A stretch of DNA of 61,937 nucleotides, the filler included, from Sphacelaria rigidula (Eukaryota): NCBI GenBank assembly GCA_964200075.2. It is 3 parts of 3 records of this genome, joined end to end, with 100 filler letters (N's around TTAATTAATTAA, not from the genome) between each part and the next. Parts side by side here need not be neighbours in the genome. Positions count along the whole stretch, not along the records: positions 20,691 to 41,270 come from CAXNAA020000515.1; positions 41,371 to 61,937 come from CAXNAA020000517.1; 1 more part is not named here. One strand, written 5' to 3'. Shown here piece after piece: positions 38,797 to 50,134 of the stretch (position 1 is the first letter of the stretch; the number at the start of each line of letters is the position of its first letter). The notes below the pieces were generated by a model. That model was given only the letters and a program-made list of their open reading frames with translations, searched no databases and was not told where the DNA came from. Both the position numbers and the translations under genes were made by a program.

Positions 38797-40458
38797 AACA
38801 ACCAGCCCCGATTCCTATCGACAAGCAGTTTTGCACAGATTGGAACCCAGATTGGCACGCAGGTTGATAAATGCCGCGGGTCTGGAAGTGGTCGTCAGTC
38901 CAAGCAGGCCCAAGGTCTGTGTAATGTGTCATGCTGCTGACAAGACACAACAAGGCAGCACAACACCTACACACCCAGCCCCGAAAAAACACGCACAGAC
39001 ACTCACCACTCACGCGCATTAGTTTCACTGCTAGCCCTTACTAATCTACACACGGCAGTCTTTGTTTGACAGAAATCCGTTCGGTATTGGACGAATGGCG
39101 GCGGCATGCGTGTCAAAAACAACCTAAAACGTGTCCTTGCTGACCGTTTTGTAAGCGTGTACTGCGCGCGCGTCTCACGCAAATAATCATTTCTGAATGA
39201 GTTCTGAACAGATTTGAGCAAGGTCACGCACAACGTGCACAGCTCATGAGTAACTACGGCTCGACCTGTGTGTTTTTGGTTTGCGAGGCCACCAAGTTCC
39301 TCAGATTCAGCTCTGATTATGTTAGGCTGTGTGGTAAGCCTTTGCATGTGCCCCTCTGTTAACCAGACACGTCTGTTCCCCTTTGAGGTATCCGGAAATC
39401 CCGTTTCGAAAAGGGGATTTCAGGAGTTGATTTTGCACTTCTTGAAATCCCCGCTCCAGAGGGGATTTCTGGACACGTTGAGGGGATTTTATTGAGGGGG
39501 GGGTGGTATCGCAGCGACCAATCACCCGTCGTTTTTCAAAAATGGGATTATCCCCTTCGTTAAGGAGGGCTCTTAGCGCTAGGGTTGGCGGCATCTCCAT
39601 AGTACCAACCATTGTTCACGTACGTTTTTTCAGGTCCCCTCTGTGAAGTACCTGCGTAGGGATGCATCCCTGTCACAAGGACATCTCTGAAATCCTCGTC
39701 ACAAGGACATCCCTGCGCCGGTACTTCACAGGTGCATCCTGTGAGGGAACTGGCTCTTACGGGTTGTATGATCACAGGGATTTTCGGTACCTCCTGCGCT
39801 GGTCCTCCACAACAGGTGACCCACAGTGGTGACGTTTGCCCACGTGTATGCCTCATTCAACTCCCCAACGGCTCATTGCACGGTCTTGTCTTTGCTGCTG
39901 AATAAGGCGAAGGCAATATTCAATTGTTTTCACCTGCTTTGCTCTCATTTTCTCGTGACATTCGCTGCATATCCGCCGTCTTGGTGCTCCCATATCAACG
40001 AGAACGCAAACGAAATCGCGGCGAAAAAACACCCCGCCATGAACAGGCTTTTGTGGTTCAGGTTCCTGTTTGAAGTTTTCCATCATCTTGAAGAGGCTTG
40101 TGTGGTTCGGGATCGACACCCCGCGAAAAAGAGCCAGTTTGACCGACTTTCGGTGGCCAGAACACGCGCCACAGGTATCAGATGGCAACCAAACCTGAAC
40201 GGCAATACACCGCTGCGCCTTCTTCGTGGGCTGCAAAAGGAAGCGCGGGATAAAATGCCTTACTGCCAGAGAAAACTCGGCAAAAGTGGTGAAAAATGTG
40301 AAATGATATACATATACACATCAGACGCAAAAAACAAAGCAAAACACGAGACGATAATCAAAAAAGTAAAAAGGAAGAGAAAACAAAACGACAGAAGACA
40401 AAAACAAAACACAAAGACAGGGTCAAAGCCCCTCCCCCCCCCCGCCCCCCCAGAAATT

Positions 40459-41080
40459 AAATACAAAATACAAAATACGAAATACAAAATACAACCACTG
40501 CAAGGACGGGGGCTACAACCGTACGAAAAACAATTGAAGGGCGGGGGGGGAGCGTACTCATTTGTCGCTTGCCTTAGTCGTGTGACCATTGACCATGCAT
40601 CCCTTTCGAGACTGAGCACCTTTTCTACTCCTTATAGAGACACCTCCAACATTCTGACGCTCATTACGTTTCCTCCGCAGCTCATCACGTTTCTTCCATA
40701 CATTACACAAAACCTTTCACATATCTTATCCCTGTCCTGTTTCACCGTTTCTGGCCACCATCTATCTCCCAGTATAGCCATCGTTTTCTCCCTACTGTTT
40801 AGTGCATCAAACGATTTCATGTCATCTTTGTTCACGTCCCGCAATTCCCCGCTCTAGCACGTCCCGTTCCTCCTTGTATAGTTTACATTCTGCCACTAAA
40901 TGACTTCTGCTCTCTATCGCTTCGCCACAGAGGCAGTTCTGTCCATCTTCTTCCTCCTCCTTTCGACGACTGGTATATCTCTTTCTTCTTTCTGGCAGGT
41001 CTAGGTCCCCCACCCGAAATCGCAGTTTCATATTTTTCGCAGCGTCCATTGGGCCATGCAGATATGCTTTCATCCCTATC
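40459..41080 (-). mobile_element. 5'-truncated non-LTR retrotransposon (LINE ORF2 C-terminus, 3' UTR and tail)
   Basis: IGMKAYLHGPMD..KLRFRVGDLDLPERR...CLCGEAIESRSHLVAEC (C-terminal Cys/His knuckle)...LGDRWW...GGVSIRSR...KASDK*, stop at 40558-40560. A (TATTTTG)n tail follows at 40459-40493. Frameshifted. Confidence 0.8.
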
Positions 41081-41270
41081 AAGGGGGTGTACTCATGATC
41101 ATGCATGGCATAGTCATAGAACCATTGACCTCGCATCCCTGTAAAGCCGGGACGAAGCACGCCGGGTTTAGTCGGACCAGGCTCGCACTCAACCACCAAG
41201 CGCGAGGCGCCGTGGTGTGTTCGGCCAGTCGCATGAAGGATGAGCTGCACCCTGCTAAGATTGTTCGGCC

Positions 41271-41370
41271 NNNNNNNNNNNNNNNNNNNNNNNNNNNNNN
41301 NNNNNNNNNNNNNNTTAATTAATTAANNNNNNNNNNNNNNNNNNNNNNNNNNNNNNNNNNNNNNNNNNNN
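41271..41370. other. Assembly gap with TTAATTAATTAA linker
   Basis: Same construct as 20591-20690. Confidence 0.95.
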
Positions 41371-42739
41371 TGATGAGGCGCGAGGTCAATTCTCCCTTGT
41401 TCAGGGCCAGCGTGGTCACTCTCCCCCCCCCCCCCCCCCGCGCAGGTGAACCATACAGTAGATGGTCACCTGAAAAACCGTAGCCGTGTTTACATTGAAT
41501 ACGCCTTGTTACGCGAGCTGGGGGGAAGAGGTCGTTGACAGTACCTGGGTGATGCGGATATGGAAGAATGCCAAGATCAAGATAGAATCAAGCTGATCAC
41601 CGATGGACATTTTTTACTCGTTATTTGAGCGGGCCAGATGGACAAATTGGCGGCAAAGGCTACATCGAGCAGAACGTCTAGAATGTACGTTCAATATGAC
41701 ATTTGCCCAGCGCAGGCTCGCGTGCGAGTATTTGATGACATCGCTGAGTAACCCCCCCCGGAAGGAGCGGAATGGTTAACCATGATGATGTACTGTATAA
41801 AGTCATTTACCTTCTGTATAGACAAACGAACTGTGAAGTGTTCAAAGGGTCAGATAAGGAAAACACGATGTACACTTTTTTCGCGGGGCGGTCAGCCACA
41901 TATATTGTACCGAAACGAAGGCCGGAGCTGAAGGAATTACACTAAGGCGTTTCTTGCCTAGGCTTATACCTATTATGCTATCACGGTCTTTGAAAAAACG
42001 TTCATCTTGAAAATAACGATGGGTCGCCATTTGTAAAACCGTGCGAGCATAATAAGTAGAAGCCTATTTCTTGTCGTGATAGGCAGGATATGCAACGGTT
42101 TTCTCAAAAATCGGTTTGCTGTTTATTTCCACGCCCTGTGATTGGTCGGCAGTGCGATATCACCCCGTAGGAAGATGGGCAAAAAAAAGTGTTCGCGCAA
42201 ACGGATTTGAACGAGTCGTTGTGGAGTTTTGCAGATGGGTTTCCGCGAACGACAGGCGTTCGACTTCCTCGAGGGGGAACATCAACGAATGTACTGTAGC
42301 AACCGGAGGTCCAAATTGTGAGCAAACGGGTGACTACATACTACACTAACAAAACCGCTCATGAAGCCTTGAAGCTCTTTACCCCCCGCATGGACAAAAC
42401 ATTCGAGCAGTGGCTGTTGATAGTACGAGTACGTTGTGCTTGGCTTCGATCGAATCTGGCCTGAAACGGAAAACGGAACAATATATCTTGCGGTAGAAGC
42501 ACGCCGGCAACAGGCCAGCAACCGTACGAGCTGGGCCAGCCGAGAAGCAAATTTGTAGTTTGGAAGCCCATTGTACCAGTACCAAACCAGGTAACGACGA
42601 GTCGTACGTCGTGCAGACATGTGAAGACTCTAACGGCCGATCCCAGAAACCCCACAACTTTAGGCAAAGCAAGTATAAGATTCAAACAATGTCAGACTCA
42701 AACGTGGACATTGGGTGCGTCAATACATCAAAGTGATCC

Positions 42740-43115
42740 TGCAAAACCGATTTTCTGTCTCGGTAAGGGATGGCCGGGCCGCCGAAGTCGCGGCCAACTC
42801 CAGGTCGGCGTCTTACGGGTCCAAAGTTTGCCCGCTCTCATCTCGACCCATACATCAATTGCTTCGTCTAACTTTGGATGAGGTCAACATCTCACGAGCT
42901 GTGTTAATCAGGTGGAAGTAATACATTAGTTGCTCCTCCCCCACCAGACTCGACCAGGCGGTAGTGCAAACCCGATTCTCTGTCTCTATAAGAGGCCGTC
43001 TTCTAGTATACCCGGATGGCCGGGGCGGCCGAATCCTGGTCGGGTCGTTACGGGGCAAAAGTTTGCCCGCTTTTATACCCTGATCTGACCTTAATTGCTC
43101 CGTCCTGTTTTGAAC
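42740..43115. repeat. Degenerate two-copy direct repeat
   Basis: CAAA.CCGATT.TCTGTCTC...GGATGGCCGGG...TTACGGG..AAAGTTTGCCCGCT...AATTGCT.CGTC at ~42740 and ~42965. Confidence 0.7.
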
Positions 43116-43725
43116 CTTGCATGGGCTCAAGGTGTCGCGAGCTATTTTGATCAGGTGTGAGCGATACATTGGTTGTTCTTTCCCCAACAGAGTCGACTAT
43201 CGACATATAGGCACCCATGATCATGTATTCGAACAACGGCCCGAGCACTCCTTGAAGCCGCCGCTATATGACAACTGACAGTCACACCGACAAAAGAGTG
43301 AAAAGCCGTTCCGAAAAGTACGAGTGTCAAGCACTTCGAAAGTGTTGCTTTGCACATCAGTGCTAGACGATAATGCTAACTCTCTGTGCTGTCTGTAGCC
43401 TGACCTACTGCTGTCTGCATAGTCGGAGTCCATGGCCCGTCAGTTTCCAAGTTCTGAGCAGAACCACGAAACCATACCGCCGAGAACAAGCACAGAGGCA
43501 TGGTTGGGCGTGTGTGGGCGAATCTTCTGTAGAAGTATACTCGTATACTCGTATCGCAGCAAGAAATCCCCATGCATGTACTCGACTGTCTGCTGTTGTG
43601 GTATTACCTCAGCGACGAACTCGCTCTATTTTATAGCGGGACACGCGTGCCTCAGACTATAAACTACCATAGCCACCAGCCCTCGGCCCCAATCCTGCCG
43701 CAAATAACCCCCAACTGACTCTCAC

Positions 43726-43895
43726 CCGTCAATGTCTTTCATGGCTGCTTCTTTGCCCTCCACCTGATGCCTGGGGTTAGCATTGTCCAGCTTTAGACCC
43801 GATTTCTCCATCAAAAACAACGCTAGTATTCTGGGATAGAAGAGGTTCACGAAGCCGAAGGGAATACTCAAGATCCAAAGGGGAGGGAGCGCCAT
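43726..43895 (-). CDS. First coding exon of a probable MAPEG-family membrane protein (partial)
   Basis: ATG in a CAACG-ATG-GCG context gives MALPPLWILSIPFGFVNLFYPRILALFLMEKSGLKLDNANPRHQVEGKEAAMKDIDG, ending at a GG|GTGAGA donor (phase 2). A hydrophobic helix followed by DNxNPR resembles the N-terminus of MAPEG proteins. Downstream exons were not located. Confidence 0.55.
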
Positions 43896-44943
43896 CGTTG
43901 TCTCAAACCGGGAACTGAGATAGGAGGGCTGGTGTGCTGTTGTTGTTGTTATTGTTGCTGCTGCTGTTGCTGTTGCTGCTGATATTGCTGTTGCTGCTAC
44001 TGCTGTCGTCCTCAAATAACGTCGTGTTCTGTCCGTCACAGGATCGAGGACCGTAAGATAGCGCTGATGGCTCCTGATGGGTGATGTCTTGGTGGATGTT
44101 TTGGATACATCCTTCTTGGAGGGGGCGTTCTGATGCTTGACGGATTTCGTAATCCGTCTAATTGCGATTCTATTCTTGGATACCACCCGGGGATCCGAAA
44201 CGCTAAACAGGAAGTCATGACCACATGCAATTGGTCAAGAATTGATGGTGAACGAGTGTCTTCACATACATGGCTAAAAACACCCACCACACGGAGCACA
44301 CACGCACAGGTGTAGACAGTCACCCCGGAAGAAGAACCCCAATCCGAAAACAAAAAATAATGATAATAATTTCAACGAAGGCTGAAACTGTATTTGCAGA
44401 CCCCCACAGCTTGCCTACAAAACAACACGACAGACTGTAATACTCTACTGTGTGTACAGTGCAGGACCATACCCTGAAAAATCGGTCGAAACCTCTTACA
44501 TATTTCTTACTACAATTGTTTTCCGTGTGTTTGTGCTGCCCCTGTAACAGATTCCAAGTCTGAGATTTCAAACCTTCCAACAACTGCAGACCGAAACCCA
44601 CCCCGTCACTTTCATTCAGCGGACCTCCCCCAACACTCCTCATCAGACCACCACCACCACAACACTACACGACGATCTCCGTCGCCACCACCACCATCAA
44701 AAGCAAGCACTTTCATATTGCCAGGCCTACCCGTCGCTTCTCCGCACTACCCTTTACCCGTCTTCTTGGAGCACTGTGCACAAATCCATTTGGTCATCTC
44801 CGAGGAGGGAACAAGAGCATTTCAGAAGTGGTAGCTCGGGACGGGGACTTGGACCTTTCCACTCAGTTATAACCACCCTCTCAGCATCCTTGAAAGCACG
44901 AAGTGCTCCTCTCTGCTAGTTCAGCAACAACTAAGAAAACACC

Positions 44944-47900
44944 ATGGTGTACAACCCGCCGATCGAGAAGGCAGAAGATGGCTCCGACCCGAAGCCGCCA
45001 GAGCCGGCGGCCGTTGTTCCCGTGAACCCCATGCGCCGCGGCGCGTACATCGAGCAGGCCGCAAGGGCTAGTGCGTGGGCGGCCATGTATCTCTTGGGCT
45101 GGTTGCTCATGCGTCTTTCTTGCGCTATAGGCATGCCTCCTACTTGCATCTTGGCGGAAGAGCCCCTTGAAGTATTGACGGACTTGCTAGTGCTGCTCGT
45201 GTTCTCGTTGTCACAGGTGAGATTGGAATCCGACACAAGTAGTAAGGTTTTTGATGCTGCTTGAAGCTTAGCCGTCGGAAGAGAAGGACGTGAATGTTTT
45301 CGTTGCTTGGTCTCGGGAGATTTTCGTTTCTTGTTGGTTGCTGTTTGGGGGCGGGTTCAGGATTTCATGAGGTTGATAGTGCAGTGATTTCATGTTCATT
45401 TAGGAACACTACACTAGAGTACTGTGCGGCATCATCTCTCGCACTGCCAGGCTCATAGCAACTGCTTGCGATGCATGTCCTTGGTGGGACACGTGCCCTC
45501 CATCGTCCACAGGTTCCATGGCATTTGAGATTACTTGGGTGTCGTACTACCCCATCCACTCTTTCTCGTACGTTATCACTCAAAACATGATGGCAGAGCG
45601 GGCCTCAGACAACCGCATTTTGGTGTGCGTGATTTATTGAATCAAGCCATGACGAATTATGCCGGAAATTGAAAATCTAAGCCGCGCATTCGACATGCAG
45701 GTCACCGACACAGTCCCATCTAATATTTTTTTCACCACATCGCAATGCATCATCAGGCAAGGTATGTTCGGGTCTACAGACGGTACGGTGCAGCTGTTGC
45801 AAATCTAGTCTGGGGTGTTCGCGCATGCATGGTGCTTCTTTTCTTCCGAACGGGAAGCATACCTGTGCATGATTTTTGAATGTTACCAATTTTTTGCCTG
45901 TTCATTGGTCTCAGAAAGGAACCCCCGTGTGTCGAAGTTTGCCCACATTCATTTTTGCAAACTTGCTACTTTCTAGTTTGAGTTCCATCACGACGGAATG
46001 TCATGCGGCAACTTCACCAGTACAACGGTCAGTGCCTGTGTTGTCCAGAGAGGAAGTGTGGTCGGCTATAAGAGAGGCAGGCTGCAAGGAAACACGTAAT
46101 GACACTATTTGGTTGCGATACGAAAAGCCTGCATTGATCTCATCAGCAGGTACAGTCCGAAGAGGTCACACCTATAGCGTGGATCAATACGCTTTCCTGT
46201 ACAGTCAGTCAGTACTCGGCGAAGGGACTTTTTTGTTGCCGGTAGTAGAGGAAGAATCACTGAATCATCCTACAGTCCGTTGCATTCGGACTTTCGTCGT
46301 TACAGAAAGTTTGCAGCGTATGTCCACGCGCCGTCGAAATGCGGCGATGCCTCCATTGGCATGATGCACTTTGTTGCGAGTCGGAACTTGTGACGTTATG
46401 TACGGTTCAATCAGTAGGTGATGTTTTGCAACAAAACATGAGGCGTAAATTTGGATTCCTGCCCTCTACACAATGAATGCCTCCCCTGCCCCCTTCCCAT
46501 CCCCGATTGAGAGAACTGACCCCGTGCTGTACATGCACGGCCCATCATTGTGATGGGCAATGCAATGATCGCAAAATAACAAGTTGGCTGCAGCTTCCAT
46601 CTTGTTTTTTCACTGTACCGTACCTCACCCGAACTGGGTAACCTTGTGACGGTCGCCCATCTACACCTCAGCCGTCGTATTTACCTCGTCTAGTGTCCTC
46701 TCGTGTGTCCTGCAAGGGGCAGTCGGTCCCGTATTCATGGACAGCATAGTTCTACCGAATGGCGTACGGGGTACCTGAAATATGGTCGATGGCATCGCAT
46801 GCCAAATCGTCCCTTCGTTGACGAAAAGTCTGTATGGCTGCGGCTGCACGCAATTTTGAAAGAACTGTATTTGACCGTCAACCGTTATATCGCGACGGTA
46901 CGCAAACTGGACTGCAGATAATCATGACGTTCGATTACTGTATGTACTATCTCGTCTTGAAGCCTGCGTACCATTACAAAGCGCATCGAGACTTGATATT
47001 TGATCATGTGGACAATAGACGGGTGTGAAACAAGGTGAGGACATACTCGCGACAGGCACCCTGTAGAGCTTGGATGGGCATCTCAGGGTGGGCATCTCAG
47101 ATGGTCTTTACGGGACGAGATGCGAGTTATTCCGTCCTGGGAGTCACCGCCTTTTGCGGGCTGCGAATCTTGCCGAGGTACTTCCTGCTGACTACTCACT
47201 GTCTGTAGTATTAGGACTCGACGCAATGACGCCCGGTTTCTGACTAGCACCATCCGTCTCCGTCTTGAGACCGTAGATATATCGTTTCTCTGAAGACTTG
47301 GTGCAGACAAAAACTCACCCCACAATACAATCAGTTCTGTCGGGTCGGGTCCCGTGGTGAAGCGTGCCAACCCCCTAGTACAGGGGTGATCGATGTTATG
47401 CCGCGTGGTTCGCAGCCGAAGTAACTACAAAACAAACTCAGCCCAAAATTCACGCCGACCCTGGGCACGCGACTTCCATCTCCCGAGCATCGGTCCATCA
47501 ACCAGGAAACCCCAAGTGCTTTTACGCGATCGTCTTTGCTTCCTCCATTAGTGACGAAACTACTCTACTGTGCGGATGAAACTCTCGGAAGACACTGTTT
47601 CTAGCTGATTCGTCCACACCTTTCGTCGCCTCCAGGAATTGAAATCGATATTTGTATTTGACTGCAACATCGAATTCGTCTATTTGACGATGCGCCCTGT
47701 TACAACGTCGGGACCACACGTACCCCCATCCCAATGATTCGCCTTCGCTCTGACCTTGACTTCCAAAATGACGGGATGAGACGCCATGCGAGCTGTTATG
47801 TACCCATGATGTGGCTCCATGTGACATTTCATCTTGCTAAATAGTCTTCCCGTAACTAGGAGCCAATTCGCGTAGTCCCATGCTGGTGCTTACATACGAG

Positions 47901-50134
47901 GATGATTGACCCTTCGGCTGCGAGGGTAGGTCGTATGTTGACCAGGTATCAATTTCACGTGAACACAGTATGCATGGCCCACATGGACTAATGCTGCGAT
48001 CTGGGGGTTGAAATGTGACCCGGCAAAGTACAATGTGCGACACAGAGGTAGACCGAACGTACAACATGAAGGACGATGATGAAGAGTGGTGCCGACAACG
48101 ACAAGACGTTGTGCATGATTTGGTCATTTCACAACATTTGGTTGGAGACGGATGGGCCTGTATGGGCCGGGATTGGCCGATATAAATTTGAACTTGCTGC
48201 TCCCCCTCTCTGAAATCATGCATGACACATCGCAGCCTGCAAGTATCTAGTGTCCGCCACGCCCTCTTGAGTAATCTTCCGCGATTGTAAATTCCATCCT
48301 TGTACGTTTCAGGCTTGGTTCTGCGAAGTGATGGAGGAGAGGCGATTCCGAGCGCTCTACAGGCAGCCCGCCTTCCCGATCTGCGTTGTCGGAGCGTGAG
48401 TTCAATTTGACATCGGCTGTCATCGCCGTTTGCTTGGTTTTCACGAACACGATAGTGATGCCGTGTGCGGACGGGAAGCAAGTCTCCCGCGTCAACGTTT
48501 TCCCGACCTAACATTTGCCCGAGTATCTGAGTATCCGATTTTTTCTTGACAGTTTAGATGCCCGGCTGGTGACATTTTTTCGCCGCGATTCACAATTGGT
48601 CCGGTCCGTACCTTTATGTGGAACGCCCGGGAGTATTTTTTCTTCCTGCGCGGAGGGGGGGTGGGAGGTAGGCTAGAGGATCCGGGTCGTTCGATTGACG
48701 GCTCGTCTTGGTTTGACTCAAACCATACTTGTGTCCGGCGGTTGTACTTGTAGGTGTCGATAATTAATACGAAGTTAAAAATCATCATTAATTCTTGTCG
48801 CGTACACACAATTCGTATTTGTGAGCGAAAATCATGCTCCATGGTCGATGCGCACATCAGGTCAGGTTTGTCGTTCCTAACTCCCCGTCCTCACCTTCAT
48901 TTTCATTAATTTTCATTGACTGTTCCATGAATGTTTCCCAGTGCGCTGGCGATCTCGGGTATGGAACGAGAAGAAGACCTGATCACCAAGGCCGAAGACA
49001 GAGATGATGATCTTTCCGAGTTCCAGATCACTATTTTCATCATCTTCCTCATCGTCACAGTCATCTTCCTTGCCTTCCACTTCGCTGAGGTGCGTCGATC
49101 ATGCATTCCCCTCTACGGACTTTTTCCTTCGTCCTCCGCGGTATTGGAGACTAACCGTTTTTTCACGATAAAAAGATACTTGGCGTTTTCTCACCCAAGT
49201 CATCTGTTTTCACGTGAAAGCCCGTCAATCAACTGTTGCTATGTTGGGTGCCCCCCGTGCGAAGAGTATTTTTTTTGTGTGTCGTCGCCTTATCTGTGGC
49301 TGATACGAGGATGGACGCGCGAATGAACCACCGCATTGCAGGCATGGAGAGTGCTGCCCGGTGCTCACCTTATCTCCGGTATTGGAGTCCCTCGCATCCA
49401 GATCCAGGAGGATTTGCTCTCCATCTACGTGGCCTCTCGTATGCTAATCCTGACGTACTTCATCCTATACATGGCCTTCTCTATCGCACGAAGTGACGGC
49501 TGGGGCTACCAGCACTACCTGCTGGCGTGGGTGTTGTCCCTGTTCGCCCAATTCAAGGCTATCCCTAGCGTGATCTGGCTCGGACTCACTACCGGTATCT
49601 TCCTCCAGGGTATCGGGGTACGTGAATGGTCTTCGCTATTGATGTTGAAGCAGGTGTTTTTTTGTCTTGCCTCGTGATGCATCAGATGCCCAGTACGAAC
49701 GTACCGCGCAGATTTCGGAACGGTTTCTGATGTGAATACAACAAAAACTTGTAATGAGATCTTTATTCGGGAGGTTCTGTATAGGTCGGCACCCCTGCAG
49801 TCCGACGCCTGGTTTCTAAAGCAGAAAAGGGAACGTGATGGTTCATAGCATGAGGGGCGTTTCGAGTCGAATATCGAAAATGGACTCGGGAGGGCTGTAC
49901 TTCATAGCTATGAACCACCTTATCCGGTTGGTATGTGTCCACAAGATTGAATATGGCATATTGCTTTCATCCATGATTACTAGACAATCCTACGCTGCGA
50001 TCCCGCCCTGCCCTCTGCTTCCCCCAACTCTTCCCACCGTCCTCCCGTCTCACTTTTGTGTCGGTTTGTTGCTCCAGGCTTACCGGCTCAACTTCCTATG
50101 CGACTACCGCGTGCACGACTTGCATGACGAGTAA
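44944..50134 (+). CDS. Uncharacterised multi-pass membrane protein, paralog A (5 exons, 278 aa)
   Basis: Exons 44944-45216, 48313-48395, 48942-49089, 49342-49617, 50078-50134. All introns are GT..AG with compatible phases (0,2,0,0), giving 837 nt of open frame that ends in TAA. Protein: MVYNPPIEKAED...TCILAEEPLEVLTDLLVLLVFSLSQ/AWFCEVMEERRF.../...IFLAFHFAE/AWRVLPGAHLISGIG...GYQHYLLAWVLSLFAQF...TGIFLQGIG/AYRLNFL. It has several hydrophobic segments and is co-linear with paralog B. Confidence 0.88.

Larger units (their letters stand above)
37740..39572. mobile_element. ~1.8-kb non-autonomous TIR element carrying further insertions
   Basis: Ends G(G/A)GCCCT(T/C)CTTAACGAA..GAT.AT.CC are inverted; the segment is absent from the 10562-11945 copy. 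Confidence 0.65.
36630..40318 (-). repeat. Family H second copy, split by nested insertions
   Basis: Three segments match 10562-11945 in inverted orientation, interrupted at 37199-37641 and 37740-39572. Confidence 0.85.

Noticed and set aside
38225-39022. 265-aa ORF as a possible transposase of the nested element
   Set aside because: No DDE or other motif is present, and it runs through a MITE terminus.
39826-40857. 343-aa + strand ORF
   Set aside because: It crosses family H sequence, a low-complexity tract and the antisense of the LINE; a chance open frame.
46919-47177. Alternative candidates for exon 2 of paralog A
   Set aside because: They show no similarity to paralog B, whereas 48313-48395 matches in sequence, length and phase.
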